Positions 1 to 13,684 are shown, counted from the stretch's first letter. The stretch: DNA of 64,000 nt from Bugula neritina (GCA_964035545.1 OZ037768.1:23407319-23471318), one strand, 5' to 3'. Made by a program: numbers and translations. The notes: generated by a model not told the origin, from the sequence alone.

Positions 1-1705
1 TACCTTTTAAAATGGAATTGACGGTTTAAGCTGGATAGTTGCTTAAGTGAGCCAATCAGGAACTCCGGGGTTAAAATGTAAACTTTCCGTAGAGGTCCTG
101 TCCACTTCCCTCTTACCTCTATTGCTTTCACGCTAAAAACAGATGCAATTTTAAAATTAAAGTTTTACAGTTTGCAGATGTAATTGATATAACAATAATT
201 TAAAATCAGTCAACAAATTTATATGATAGCTTTGACAGAATAACTGAATAGATACTAACCTTGTAGCATTGACTTTTTCATTTGCATCCATACAGTGATG
301 CAAATAAAAAAAGTGATGCAAGAATTTGCCGATGATCCTTTTAGGCCTTCTTTTGTTGAACAAAATTAGATACTTAAGGGGCAGAGCTTTGCTATTTCGG
401 ATGGTGTGAGGCTCTGAAAGCCCAGTAACTTCTTTTTTAAGAAGTTTGTTAGAATGTCCAAATCTCTGAGACTTGTTTAATGTGTTCAACTTTTACCTCT
501 CTGCCACATAAATTGTCCATTTCTTTTTCATGTGCGATAAGAAGTCATCACATTCTTCTTTGGTTTGTGAGTCTTTGCTTTGCTGGCAAATGAGTGCTTT
601 ACACTGTTGAGCTGCTTCAAGTATCCACCCATTCTTAACCCAATTTGTGTATTGTTTTCAGACATTTCCTTTATGCTGCACAATAGATAATAATAGATAA
701 ACCCATAATTTCCAAGCGAACTTATAGCATTTTGCTGTATGGCAAAAACATTAAGTTTTTACTGAAAGTGGCTATAAGTCTTGCTATTAGTATCAGTTGC
801 TGCCAAGTTTCTTCAGTACCAGACATCTGCATGATGACTATAACTGAGTTAGCAATATGCTTGTTGACTAGTTGAAGAGTTATTTATGACACATTATTTT
901 CCACTTGCAACTCTGCCATGTTGAAAGGGTTTTAATTATATAACAATAATATTCTTGTTGTGTAAGTGGTTTTTATAAAGTCATCTGCCTAAACTACCTA
1001 TCAGTGACAAGTAATCTAGTTGAGCATTTAAATTCAAATCATTAGCTTATTTCAGCTAAAAATAGTATAACCTTGGATATGAACGGCTGGCCACTGCCTC
1101 AGCCGTCTGCAAAGTGGCTTATTGCTGTTACAAGCCTGCTACATGCAAAAATTATTTATCAATCAGGAGCTACTTCTTTGTAAGCTATCAGCTATAAGCT
1201 ATTACTATGTATATATAGTACAGTACAGTAGTAGAAACGCTTAAACAGCTTAAATTCTTCAACTTCTTAAGAAATTCTAATTTGAGAAGAAGTTGAAATT
1301 CTCTCTAAACTTCCTATGCTGCATCTCAACACATATAATAAGCCCAATAGTATGAAACACAGGGTTTGAGGTTTGGGGTTTGGGGTATTTATATACAATA
1401 AATAATGTTTTACAAATAATACATATTATATCAAAATATATCTCAATTCTGGAACTGCTTACATATGTAATAGATTATTTTATGCAATTGTTTTGGAGCA
1501 TTTAGATTTTAAAAATTTATATTCAAAGTGTTCACCTACTATTCCATGGAATTTAGGAATTATTTAGGAATTATCTTCTTTTATTATATATAAATTGAAA
1601 TACGTAATTATATCATAGAGAGAGTCATTTATTTGCACTTGTAGCCACCTGGTTTTTGTTCATAAAAAGAAACATGAGTAAAATAATGGGAAAGAACCAT
1701 GCTAT

Positions 1706-1838
1706 TTATATTATATTATATTTTATTACATTATATTATATTATACTATACTATATTATATTATATTATATTATATTATATTATATTATATATTATATTA
1801 TAATATATTATACTATATATTATATTATATTATATTAT
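1706..1838. repeat. (TATTA)n low-complexity microsatellite
   Basis: Run of tatta/atatt pentamers; explains the spurious YYIIL ORF 1656..1919. Confidence 0.9.
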
Positions 1839-3167
1839 AGTGGGTCAATTTTAACTGTAATTTCACATCTCACCTACAGTATGTCCGCCCTGTTCGGTGT
1901 AGCTTATCTGTGCATTTAAAACCATTTTAATCATTTTAATTTTACTGTAACTAGAAACTAGAAATAATTTATACTGAATACTTCAATATATTACATTAAC
2001 ATGCACATAATCAGTATGCAAGCATAAGAACAATATAAGCTGGCTGCAATCAAATTGAGTAATTTTTTAAAATAAAATATATATATGTTTCATTAATTCT
2101 TGGGGTACACAATATATACTTATAATAATTAATTATATTTATATTTTGTCAGCCAACTGCTACTTTGTTGTTACTATTATAATATTTCTCTTCACTTGCT
2201 TATTGAATGACATGCAATTTCTTTTTCAAAGTACTTATTTTTACAGTTTAAAACTATATAAACCTGGTTTAATTTAATTGAACTTTTCCTGCTATAGAAA
2301 TATATATATACAGCTTTCATTACCTGAACAAAAGATAAGAATAAGCAAAACATCAACAAAGAATATTATAATGAGGATGAGACAGCAAGCACTTCAAATA
2401 ATTAGTCATATTTTTATAATTTGATTTTAAAAAGAAAATACGTAACATAAGTTGAAGTGGAATTTTTTTTATTTTGAATGCATGCATGGCTATATAGCAG
2501 TTCTTTACAAAGAATAATGGCATTGAGTAAATAAAAGTTCTGAGAATTAGAAAAAAAAATTTTAAATGTAATTGTGGGAGAATTATTTATAACAGACTAA
2601 GTAGAACAAAACCAATTGAGTTTCTATACTTTGTATAGCACAAATGTAATAATTATAGCTTTTATTACTCAAAAAGTGAAAATGAGAAAACAATTTCTAA
2701 GTTGTTATAAATTGTATAATTGTTGTTACAATTGATATATTTTGATAGCAGGGGGCTTTGTTTATATACCGCCTATATAGGATCAATATATACCAGATGT
2801 ACATAAGCCTTCTATATAGGGGGCTTATATACATCTGACATAATATATCAAATGTATATATTATGTACATATTATGTTTTAATGCTCATTATATGTGCAG
2901 CCCCCTATAAGACTGCATATGAGAAAAAGTCACAAATACATATAAGCAGCGAAGAAATATTTCTGCAAAAATAAAATCTAGAAAAAACTATATAATTGTG
3001 CTTACTTCACAAAATGCACGCTTTATATTTACCAACTTTGAATGTAATGTCTTTGTTACAGTTAATGTTTTGACATATGTGGTTCATCTAACATTCAAAG
3101 CAGTTATAATTAGCATAAGCTATAAAGGTCTGACTGAGAGAAAACCATAGTGGACCAAAACCAGTCT

Positions 3168-3189
3168 TATATATCTATCTATATATATA

Positions 3190-3245
<56 letters not shown>
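3168..3245. repeat. (TA)n microsatellite
   Basis: Directly visible TA run. Confidence 0.95.
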
Positions 3246-3248
<3 letters not shown>

Positions 3249-3251
3249 CAA

Positions 3252-3298
3252 TCTGTGGCCAGCAGCTGTTTCGGGGTTTGTCCCCTCATCAGCACAGA
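3252..3298 (-). ncRNA. Type I hammerhead ribozyme-like motif (probably inactive; Penelope-like/retrozyme remnant)
   Basis: Minus strand reads TCTGTG-CTGATGA-GGGG ACAAA CCCC-GAAA-CAG CTG CTG-GC-CACAGA: stem I TCTGTG/CACAGA, core CUGAUGA, stem II GGGG/CCCC, GAAA, short stem III; cleavage triplet is GGC instead of GUC. Confidence 0.6.
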
Positions 3299-3385
3299 AC
3301 AGAGTACCATGGCCCACACCTTGGCAATAGTAGAAACTTATGTTTCTACTAAAGCATATCTATATATATATGTATGTATGTATAT

Positions 3386-5441
3386 CAGGGTTGGGGTAAT
3401 GGTAATTTTTGATTGTAATTGATTGTAATTAATTACATTTTTTCAAGTAATTGAATGTAATTTGTAATTGACGTATACAAACGTAATTGTAATTAATTAC
3501 ATTGCTAATGTAATTGAATTTTACAATTACTTTATAGTTACATATAACAATTACTTCAAAATTTTAAATCTTATAAAATTCATATTTTCCTGCGTTGCCT
3601 ACTGTTTAATAAAAAGTTCAGATTATTTTAATGCCGTATTTATCAGTCCATTCCAGTGGTTCCCAACCTGGGGGAAATGACCCCCTATAGGGGGGAATTT
3701 GGACATTTTAGGGGGAATTTGAAATTTGAAAAAATTCACAAATTTTGATGAAGGCTTTTTGAGCTCTTGCAAGTTACATGTATATGTATATATCTACAAA
3801 CCTTCATTTTAGTTCATTTATTTAACAAAACTATATTATTCCACAATATTTGTCTACTTCAACATGAATGTGTTTATTAATTACTCTACCCTAACTGCTT
3901 TATGTGCTACTTCGAATGGAGGTCAACAAATTTGCAAAACCCAACAGGCCAATTTTTAGCAGCCATGCAAGTCAATCTCTATATATGAACTGTATATACT
4001 ACATACCTTGTAAATTTGCTACACTAAATAATCTGAACCTAAAAATGCATGAGTGCAATCATTATTTCATTGCTTTTCATAGCAACATCAATTTTTTAAA
4101 AGTTACACTAAAGTGGTGGCGCCTCTTTCAAAAAAATGGTGTCTTTCCCCACACTCAATGAACTTTTATAGGAGAAGAACCTGTTCCGATTTTAGGTGTT
4201 AAAATTTTCCCAAAACCCAAACCTCCAAACCATGCAAATCTTCCATTCTAATACTGAAAATGTGCCATTTTTACCTAATTTTTTATTTGTGCCTTCGTTA
4301 CATGTGCCATTTTTACTGGACACCACCCACAATACATCAATTGGAAAAGATTTCAAATCACTCTTCATTGCTGAATTGAGAACCAACGCAATAAAATCCT
4401 TATATGCAATTCCTCTAAAATATTTTCAACAAAGCGTTGCAATGGGTCACATGTCAAGTTAAAAATTAATCTAGCTCTTTCTTTTTGAGGGGTAGCTCAG
4501 AGAAATACCATTAAAACTCCATTAAGAGTTCAAAAAGAGGCCCAGAAGTTTTTTTGAAAAATAGATTTTGAGGGTAGAGGGTTAAAGTTAGGAGGTAGGG
4601 GTTTGGGGTCTAAGAGTTGGGGGTTTGGGGTGGAGGAGTTGGGGTTTGAGTTTGGGAAAATTTAACATCAGTGGGCTATTTTTACCTACTTTTCCATTTG
4701 TGCCAGTATTACCTGTGACATCTTTACATAGCCAGTTTTACTTAAAATCATTCTGGGTTTCAACTTAAGCAACCCACACATGCTGACAAAGCAGCATTTT
4801 GGTGCCATCCAACACCACCTATCCTTGTGAGGTATAATTCTTATCAATTCAAAGTGAAAAGAAACTGTCTTAACCTGCAGGATGACTTAAGACAGGCCTG
4901 TTGTCAAAAACAGAGTCAGGCTTAAGCAAGCTGGCACAAAAGTATCAACTGCAGCCATAACATTAATAACAAAACTGCTCTGTGTTTTATAACATAATAA
5001 TAACAATAATAAAACTATATTATGATAATTATATTATATGCAGATATAATATAACGAAATGCATTGCATTGTATGATATATTATCATTATGTCAGTCATA
5101 AACTGTTTCGCCTTTCGAAGGGGGGAAATTAATAGTCTACATTAATGAAAGGGGAAATAGTATGAAAAAGGTTGGGAACCACTGGCCTATTTGTTACTGT
5201 TGAGAACAAGAAAGGTTTTCTGTTGTCAAACTTGCCCTGGGTAGTTGGAACCCAGAAGTGAGATTATATAACTTTTATAATTTGTCACCTGCGACAACAA
5301 AAGTAATTGTAATTTCACTTAATTACATTACAATGTAATTAACTGCAATTACATTTATTTCAACTGTAATTATAATTGTAATTGACAAATTCTCATGTAA
5401 TTGTAATTAATTACATTCATATGTAATTGACCCCAACCCTG
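3386..5441. mobile_element. Non-autonomous hAT-type DNA transposon (outer element)
   Basis: TIRs CAGGGTTGGGGT (3386-3397) / ACCCCAACCCTG (5430-5441); perfect 8-bp TSD ATGTATAT (3378-3385 and 5442-5449); dense GTAATT/AATTAC subterminal repeats at both ends; no transposase ORF. Confidence 0.85.
3654..5184. mobile_element. Nested Charlie/hAT-like non-autonomous element
   Basis: 16-bp perfect TIRs CAGTGGTTCCCAACCT (3654-3669) / AGGTTGGGAACCACTG (5169-5184), the terminus type of Charlie-group hATs; GGGGAA subterminal motifs; 8-bp flanks GTCCATTC vs GCCTATTT match only 5/8. Confidence 0.75.
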
Positions 5442-5444
5442 ATG

Positions 5445-5534
<90 letters not shown>

Positions 5535-5535
5535 C

Positions 5536-5591
<56 letters not shown>
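5445..5591. repeat. (TA)n microsatellite
   Basis: Directly visible, interrupted TA run. Confidence 0.95.
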
Positions 5592-5595
<4 letters not shown>

Positions 5596-5803
5596 CAATT
5601 TTTTACCAACCTTTGCTCACAAAAAGTGCCATAACTACAAAACTATTAATATTAAGGGCTAATATTTGATAATATTTTATTCGACATGTTTTGAAATACT
5701 CTACTATAGAATCTTAACAAAATCTAAGTTGGGTCGGTTTTGTCTTTGTTGATTTGGCGTGGAATGGCCTCAAACATAATTTGAGGATTTCATAAAATGG
5801 CAC

Positions 5804-6262
5804 GATTGGGAAACTAAGAGAGAGTAAATAGATGTCATTGTATAAACAAGCTACTGCTATGGTACCCAGACTGAAGCATAGCTTTAATTTTAGCGAATAT
5901 TTACTTTCTAAGCGTACATATGCGTATTGCCTATAGCAATCAGCTACTTATAGTTGTAACACAAACAGAGTGTATTAAGTTCTTTAGGCTGTTGCCTAGC
6001 AACTTTCAAAGAGTCACAACTCACTATACATAACTTGTTTGTATCCCTGTTATTCAAATTTGTTTTTATATTAAAAAACTACATATCAGTTCTAAAGCGT
6101 AATTGCATGGTTGAGTAGAACAATAAACTGGAATAGCAAAGTATTATAGTACCAGCTTGTAATACAATCCATCACAGGTGTATAAAATATCAATTTATGA
6201 AAGAAGCTTTCTCAATCTCCACCTCACTTCTATATCAAACAGGACTGAAGTTGGAACAGCTG
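5804..6262 (+). repeat. ~460-bp direct duplication, copy 1 (copy 2 at ~7929-8388)
   Basis: Both copies begin GATTGGGAAACTAAGAGAGAGT and end CTGAAGTTGGAACAGCTG with colinear internal similarity. Confidence 0.85.
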
Positions 6263-7928
6263 AAGGGACATTTGAAACAAGTCTTATATCAACACATCTT
6301 ATAAGAAAATCGCTAAAGTTAGAATTCAAGTAGACAATGCACACATATAACATTTAAAGAATAAGTGTTAGCAAAATCTGAGGTTATGATATATCTAGAT
6401 TGTAGGCTGTGGACAGCCTTAGTAATCTTGTGCAGTAAAATACTTGCACACAGCTAATAACTTGATGAAAGCATTATTGAGCAATTCTTCACATTCATTA
6501 CTTGATTTGAGCAAACTTCAACTTTTGGTCAAATAATGTGCTGATTTGTGCTAACTAAAGTAAAATTACTCAAATTCATCAAATGGAAGCCAACAATCAT
6601 GCAAAACATTGAGATGTGGCTGTTTTAGTACAGCTCTCACAAGCACAGAGTTCTGCCATTGTGAAGCAGTAACAGGAGTGTGCTGTAATGAACTAACACT
6701 TCTAACAGATGCTGATGGAATTGAGAAAAATGATCGGGATTTTGTGGCATCTGTATGATTATATATGTGATCTATTCCAACTTTAGCTGAGCAATATGCC
6801 CCTGCATCTTTTCTTCATTTGCTATTTGCTGGCAGTAAGCAATATTTTTCTTCATACATCTGTCCAGACAATTTCGAAAGCTGTTTTTGGTTTCTATCCA
6901 CCGTATGTGATTTTTATTGAATAAATTCAAATTTTTGAGCCGAGCAACAGCTGCTTTTTACTTTTTTCCCTCTTCATTGGCAAGACACATATTCATTCTA
7001 AAAAGGCACATTTATTGAAATCATAGAATAAATTAATTTTTTTCAACATAATATATACTTTATGCCTACTAGATTATGGTTTGTTCATCATTGGTGGCCA
7101 TCTTGGATTATTTTAAATGCTCAAGGGTGGCAGGTCCACACCCACCTGAAAAGATTTACCTGGACCCTCAAGATAAATAATCAAGAAAGAAAAAAACTTT
7201 ATCCGAGATTGTGACCTAACTCCCAGTTCTGCCAGACTATGATAACGTTTTTTCTTTGAAACATGAGTGGGTAAATTATTTAACTCTTTCACCAGCATAG
7301 TTGACTGCATGTGGTTATGAACACTGTATATATACCTACACTGTCACTTCTATAGGCAGTTTACAAGGACATGACATGACAATATTGAAATCAAAAACAA
7401 GTATAAATACTATATATGCAATTAACTTGTGTTGTTGCATTACACAGTCCTGAAAAACAGGGCAAATGATGATATAAGCTAAGGTAGATTTAATTTTAAT
7501 TTACAAGTAGAACATACGTTATCATGCATTGAATTAAACACCAAGAAGTATTGGGTTATAATAGGGTTTGGGGTTTATAGTATAGTATATTGAATCCATA
7601 AAAAAATGCATTTTATTTTTGTAATTAACAGAATCTATTTTATTTTATTTTTATTCATATAATTATATTTAATTTTGTGAATAATACAACCTTTGTAAAC
7701 TTGCAGGTAATTTACTACACTAAATCAACAAAACTATTCACTACCTGCATTATGGAACTAACTTATTATCACAGCATTCTGTTTTGCCAATGTTAGCTCT
7801 CTGGCTGTAAATGTATTGATTATATATACCTGTTAGTTAAATCTTTCATGGTTTACCAATTCCTATGTTACAAAAAAAACAGTAGCACTGGGATAAAAAC
7901 ATGTAAGCTTGTTTGGTAATAAATAATT

Positions 7929-8388
7929 GATTGGGAAACTAAGAGAGAGTCAATAGATGCCAAACAAGCTGTTGTTATGGCAACCAGACTGAAGCGTAGC
8001 CATAATTTTAGCTAATATTTACTTTCTAAGTGTACATATGTATATTGCCTAGCAATCAGATATTCATATAGTTGTAACACAAACAGAGTGTGTTAAGTTC
8101 TTTAGGCTGTGGCTTAGCAACTTTCAAAAAGTCACAATTCTCGCTAAATATAATAAGTTCATATGTACCTTTTATATTCAAATTTGTTTTTATATTAAAA
8201 AAACACGAGTCAGTTCTAAAGCGTAAATGTTTGAGTAGAACAATAAACTAGAATAGCAAAGTATTATAGTACCAGCTTGTAATACAATCTGTCGCTGCAT
8301 GATGTATAAAATATCAGTTTATATAAAAGAAGCTTTCTCAATCTTCACCTCACTTCTACACCAAACAGGGCTGAAGTTGGAACAGCTG
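7929..8388 (+). repeat. ~460-bp direct duplication, copy 2
   Basis: Colinear diverged copy of 5804-6262, e.g. shared TAGTTGTAACACAAACAGAGTG and GAATAGCAAAGTATTATAGTACCAGCTTGTAATACAATC. Confidence 0.85.
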
Positions 8389-9144
8389 TTTCCTTCAACA
8401 TTTACAACAAGTTTTAAATCAGTCAAGTGCTTGTACTATTATTCCTGGCTTCCATTAAGGTATTCGTTATATTTTAGTAAAATTTGAATTTTTAGTAAAC
8501 TGTCAAACTTCTATAATTTTTTTTCAGTTTATAATGAATTTGTGAAATATTGGCATAGTGTATCCTTATCCTGTGTTAGTACACTTATATTGGGGAAACA
8601 TTTTAAACAACCTGCCAAGAGCTGAGCCTTATCTGCAGGTGCGAAATTTATTAGCTAATGATATTGCATTCACTTTACTCTATAGGCTTATATTTTTATA
8701 GCTAAGTCATCTCCTCTGCACCGAGAGGACAACTCTAGATAATATAAATGCAAAACATTTTAGCTAGTGCAAGAAGTTTTAATTTAGCCTGTTAAAAATC
8801 AAAAGATTGAATTGACACTAAAAAAGTGAGCTTGCTCTAATAGCAACCTATCAAATAAAACCTCCTGTTATAGTTCAATGATTTAATAATCCAGAAAGTT
8901 CTCCTGTAGGCCTATATTCTATAATTTAGAAGAATTATGCAAAACAGTCATAATTCATAATACTGTATAATATAGTATAATTAAATGACTAATCAATGTA
9001 AAAAAGTATTGTGCAATAATAGATTGCAATAAATTACATGCCATAGTAATAAGTAATTAAAGTGCAGACCAATATCAAAAGCTATACAATATATAATAGT
9101 TTAAATAGAGTAAAATATATTTATTATTTATACTTGTAGAAAAG

Positions 9145-10597
9145 ATGGGAGACGACATACCTATTTCTCTTCAACTCCTTAGAGATCCTGTTCCGTTGCC
9201 TGAAAGGTGCATTTCTGTCTGTAGTTATAAGGGTATTACTTATTTAAGACCAGAAAGTGGCAGTGGGATAATTAGAATAGATGAGCACTATAGTGTTGGC
9301 AAAATCCTCGAAAATGAAATTATTCAATCATTTACAGTGTATAATGATCAAATTTATGCTTTAATCATTAACTCACAAGCGGATTGTGAAGTAAGAGTAT
9401 ATAATCTTGATGGTAGTAGGGTGAACAGGGACACACCGTGGATTCATGCTGCATATAAAGCTGGGTCAAAATGCCAACTCACTATAGTTGATAATGAGGT
9501 TGTCATTCTTAATGTAGCAAAAAAAGAGATTACAACTTATTCTCTTGATGGAGATGTTGTACAGCCTCGGATTTCTTGTCCTCTACCTAGTGAAAACTCT
9601 GCAATATACATATGCGCAGCAGGCAAAAATTGTTTAGCAGTTTCTGATTACGATTCCTCTCAAGTAGTTAAGTTCAACCTGACAACAGAGAATGTCATCA
9701 ACTGGACATGTAAGCCTATCATCCCTCGAGGTGTGACCTACTATAGAGATAGATACCTTCTTGTGACCGACGTGGGCCCTATACCTACTGTCTACATAGG
9801 CCTACTGAAGGTTCAGCCAGGTTAGAAAACAGAACCCTGTGCACTGCATACATGCAAGTGTTGTTATTTTAAAGTTTATCATATATTCTCAATGTTTTGA
9901 CTGCTCAGCTCTACAATGTGTTTTGATCTTTCAAATATTTTCAGCTTTCATATTATATAGACTAGAGAAATTTTTTTACCTTAAGTCTACGTCTACAGAC
10001 TACACTTTATAAAAGCCATCAATAGAGCAGTCAGCCCTCGGCTTGATTGTTGAGTGCTTCTAGTATCTTCAGATGCAGAAAATTTTAATTTCAAGCTCAC
10101 GGGCCAAGCAGTTTATACAATTCTGTGCGTTGTTTCTAAAACAATTAAATTTAACACACCAGAGTGTTTTATACAAAAAAAAGATACAAGAAGTACAGCA
10201 ATCTTACAAAATTTTGCCAAAATCTTACTTAATTAAATTATAAGGGCACTTTCTTAGTACATATATAGCTTCAATTCTTTTTGTGTGAATGAATTTTTTC
10301 CTATGAATGTTTATACAGTTCATACAGAAGACTATGTGCACGTTGATATAATTACATAATACATTGATATAAGGCTACTCTACTGTCTTCTATAATGCGT
10401 TGTCCGCAATATATCTGATTACATCACTTCCTGTTGTAGGTAACCTCTTGTCTCAGATATCAGATGAAGCATATCAACCGACAGGCTATCAAAAAACAGT
10501 GTGTGATCTAACAGTGTCTGGAGACACCTTGATTATGCTCAGATCTGGAGTTAATGACAACAGAGTGCTGTTCTACCAGCTGCCAGCTGAACTATAG
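9145..10597 (+). CDS. Uncharacterised NHL/beta-propeller-like protein (~277 aa, 2 coding exons)
   Basis: Exons 9145-9820 (acceptor TTGTAG just upstream at 9139; donor CCAG|GTTAG) and 10440-10597 (TTGTAG|, phase 1 fits); AATAAA at 10648. Blade-like motifs VRVYNLDG, ITTYSLDG, LAVSDYDSSQV, PRGVT..YLLVTD resemble divergent NHL repeats. Additional upstream exons cannot be excluded. Confidence 0.7.
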
Positions 10598-13500
10598 AAA
10601 CAGATAAATATACAAGTAACTATTAAAAGTCATTGCATATTAAACTGAATAAACCTTTCAAGCTCATAGCACATTTTCATTTCTACTCAACTGCCACCAT
10701 TATATTGTCTGGCTTTCAACAGCCGCTGCTGTTTATGAAAATTTTTCTGCATCAAGATTTTCATTAGGAGTTTGAAATTCATTTCGAGTTAAAAAAGTAT
10801 TTTAATACAGTTTGCAGTTCTGTTTACTTACAATGAAAATAGCAGATGACAGTTGAAATATCAGAGTTTATTAGATTATCATCTAACAACATGTTTATGG
10901 TATCTCTTTGTTATCACACATGCTATTTATTGCTTTATATTGTAGAAAAAATAAGAGTCGTCCCACCAGACTGAGTTCCAATTACTAGCTATAGGGACGG
11001 CACACTAACGTATCATACTGACAATCAAAGTTCCTCAGCAAGAAACACAAGACTAAGTAGTGTAACACACACAGTATATCAACTGAAGAATATATTTGTG
11101 TTTCCTGTAGAATACACAGAGACTATTTAACAAACACTTTACATCTGTTAATATCAGATATATAGTTATATGTTTATATATCATGTCACACAACCCTCCT
11201 TTACTATAGTATATATTTATACTGTAATAATATTCATCTAGTTATATCCTACAATAGTATATAGCTATTCACTTTATAATAATATGTTATCACATGATGT
11301 GGTGTAATATGTAGTATAATATAATACATAGTATAATATTAAAATTATATGTAGTGTGACATATTAGTATATAGTATAGTATAGTATAAACTAGCTAATA
11401 TTATATAATGATACTTGTTCATTTTTTTTAGTACTTGACTGTATAATTTTCAAAATAAAAAGTTCTTGAAATAGTTTTACCAGATCCTGTCATCTCTTAT
11501 ATAAAATTAATAGTTTATTTGAATCACAATGACATCTTGTACAGACTGACATAATGCTCATCAATGTATGTTATAAATAATCTCACGTAGGTTATGGAAA
11601 TTCTTATGTACCGTCGCAACAGTTATTACAGCGAATAACCAATTTGGTATGCAAATATTATTCATGAAGTTCACCCACTGTTACCATCCAATGCTAATTC
11701 ATAAGTTGTAATTAATATCATAGGTAATTAATGAAAAGCCACATAGCTAGAAAAATATGGTTCAATGTTGGTTCTGTAACAAATTCACTGTGCAATAAGT
11801 AGATGAGGATTTTGTAGTTCAGTGAAGAAACTGACATCAGCTATGTGACTTGTTAACTGTTAGACAGCACCAATCTTATTTATACAGATTAAATACGCCC
11901 CCCTGCAGTTTTTACAATAGCAACTGTAACAACCTATATAGACAATATAATATGTAAAAGTTGGAGTCAGTCATGCATTCATATCACCTCATATAAGTCA
12001 AAAATGTCTGACCTGAAAATGACATTATATAGGTCAAGTATGTCTGACCTTACAGTGACATTTTATAGGTCAATTAAGTGTTCGTTATTTGGTTTGATCA
12101 AAATATTAGCAAAGCGGATAACATTATAAAAAGCTAAGAAGGTGATCATGAGGGAAATATTAGGAAAATAGGCATATTAATCTACTAGCTGGTCTTATTT
12201 GATTTGTAGGACCTCCAGTTTAAATTCTCATCTATTTGTAAACCAAGAAAAAAATTTATTATTCGAGTAATTTGCTGACTTTTTCTTTAATAATATGCAG
12301 TTTTATAAAATTTGAGAGCTATTTTGCTTATTCTTTTATATTTGAATCAATATAATTACAAGCTTCATAGCTTATAGTAACCATTCCCGTTATTTTGCAA
12401 ATTTCACGGCTGCTTTAGATCTCATCATACAGTTTTCAGATTTTGGAGTTGAAACTTTTTGCTTCAAAGGAAAATTACTTTCATTAGCATAAAAAATAGT
12501 AATAACAAGTTTAAGTTCTTGAAAAAGATCATTTATATTAACATTATAATGCAATCGTGCAAATTGATAACTTCATCCAACTAGCTGAAATCATTCTAGA
12601 ATCTGGGATGATTTCAATTCTCTAAACATTTACACAATGTTAGTGAAAACCCAAATGTCATTAACTCTTTGCAATCAGGCTCTAAAATTATAGCATGCGG
12701 GTTTTATTGCTACACAGGAGCAATTCATGTTTCTAAATCTGCCCACTAGACCGCAGCTGATTTCTACATGCTGTGCATTTGTGTTACAAATGGTAAATGA
12801 TTCACACAATATATCTTTTTTGTGGTTTAATAACTTCACTGCCAACACAACTTATAGGATGTGGAAGTCAAATAGAGGACAGAATGATAAATACTGGGTT
12901 TGCAAAAAGTTCAAACCTGTATTTAGTTGCAGTTTTACTTTGTCTTCCAGAATTGAAATGTAAATCACAATCTAAAGTGTATGTAAAAATCAAATTTCAT
13001 TTCGCACGAAAATCAATAGTTGATAATTTGCCACCATTTATTTGAAAAAGTTTTTAACAGTTTAACCTGGTATTGGATCACATTATGCCTTGTCATGAAA
13101 TGCTATCTTTAATAGAAAATGCAAGATTTTAAAGAATATTTTATCAAAATGCGCAGTGCCTTATATAGCCACACATATCCATAAGCATATGCTATATACA
13201 AATATGGGCAGTCTATGTACCACCCAATAGAACTGTTGATAGTGTTCAAAGAATCCAAGTCTAATGTTCAACTATTAACTTTAGATTTATCAAAAAAATT
13301 TCTTCCCTAAACTCGGAAGTAATTTATGCATATTGAGGGGAAAACCGGTTATATTATTTTATAATATTTCAAATGAAGTAATACTAGTACAAGTAACTGC
13401 ATTATACTGAACATCATATACATAAATTATGTGTAACTACAGCTAGTGGCGTACTAGTCAACAAGCTAAGATATGGCTCATGCATCAATTATTGTGGTAG

Positions 13501-13684
13501 GGATGTATTCATAGTACATAATACTTATTCTACTACATACAATGCTTAAATTATTTCTATATGCAATGTTATTTGGTTTTTATGAAGCAAAAATTGAAAA
13601 TTCTATACAGTTTCAAACCCAACCAGGGCAATTTCTAAACATAAAACTACTTATAAACTACAACCTTGCAAACCGCTTAAATAA

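Noticed and set aside
5804-8388. Direct repeats as LTRs of a retroelement
   Set aside because: No TG..CA termini, PBS/PPT, TSD or gag/pol remnant recognised.
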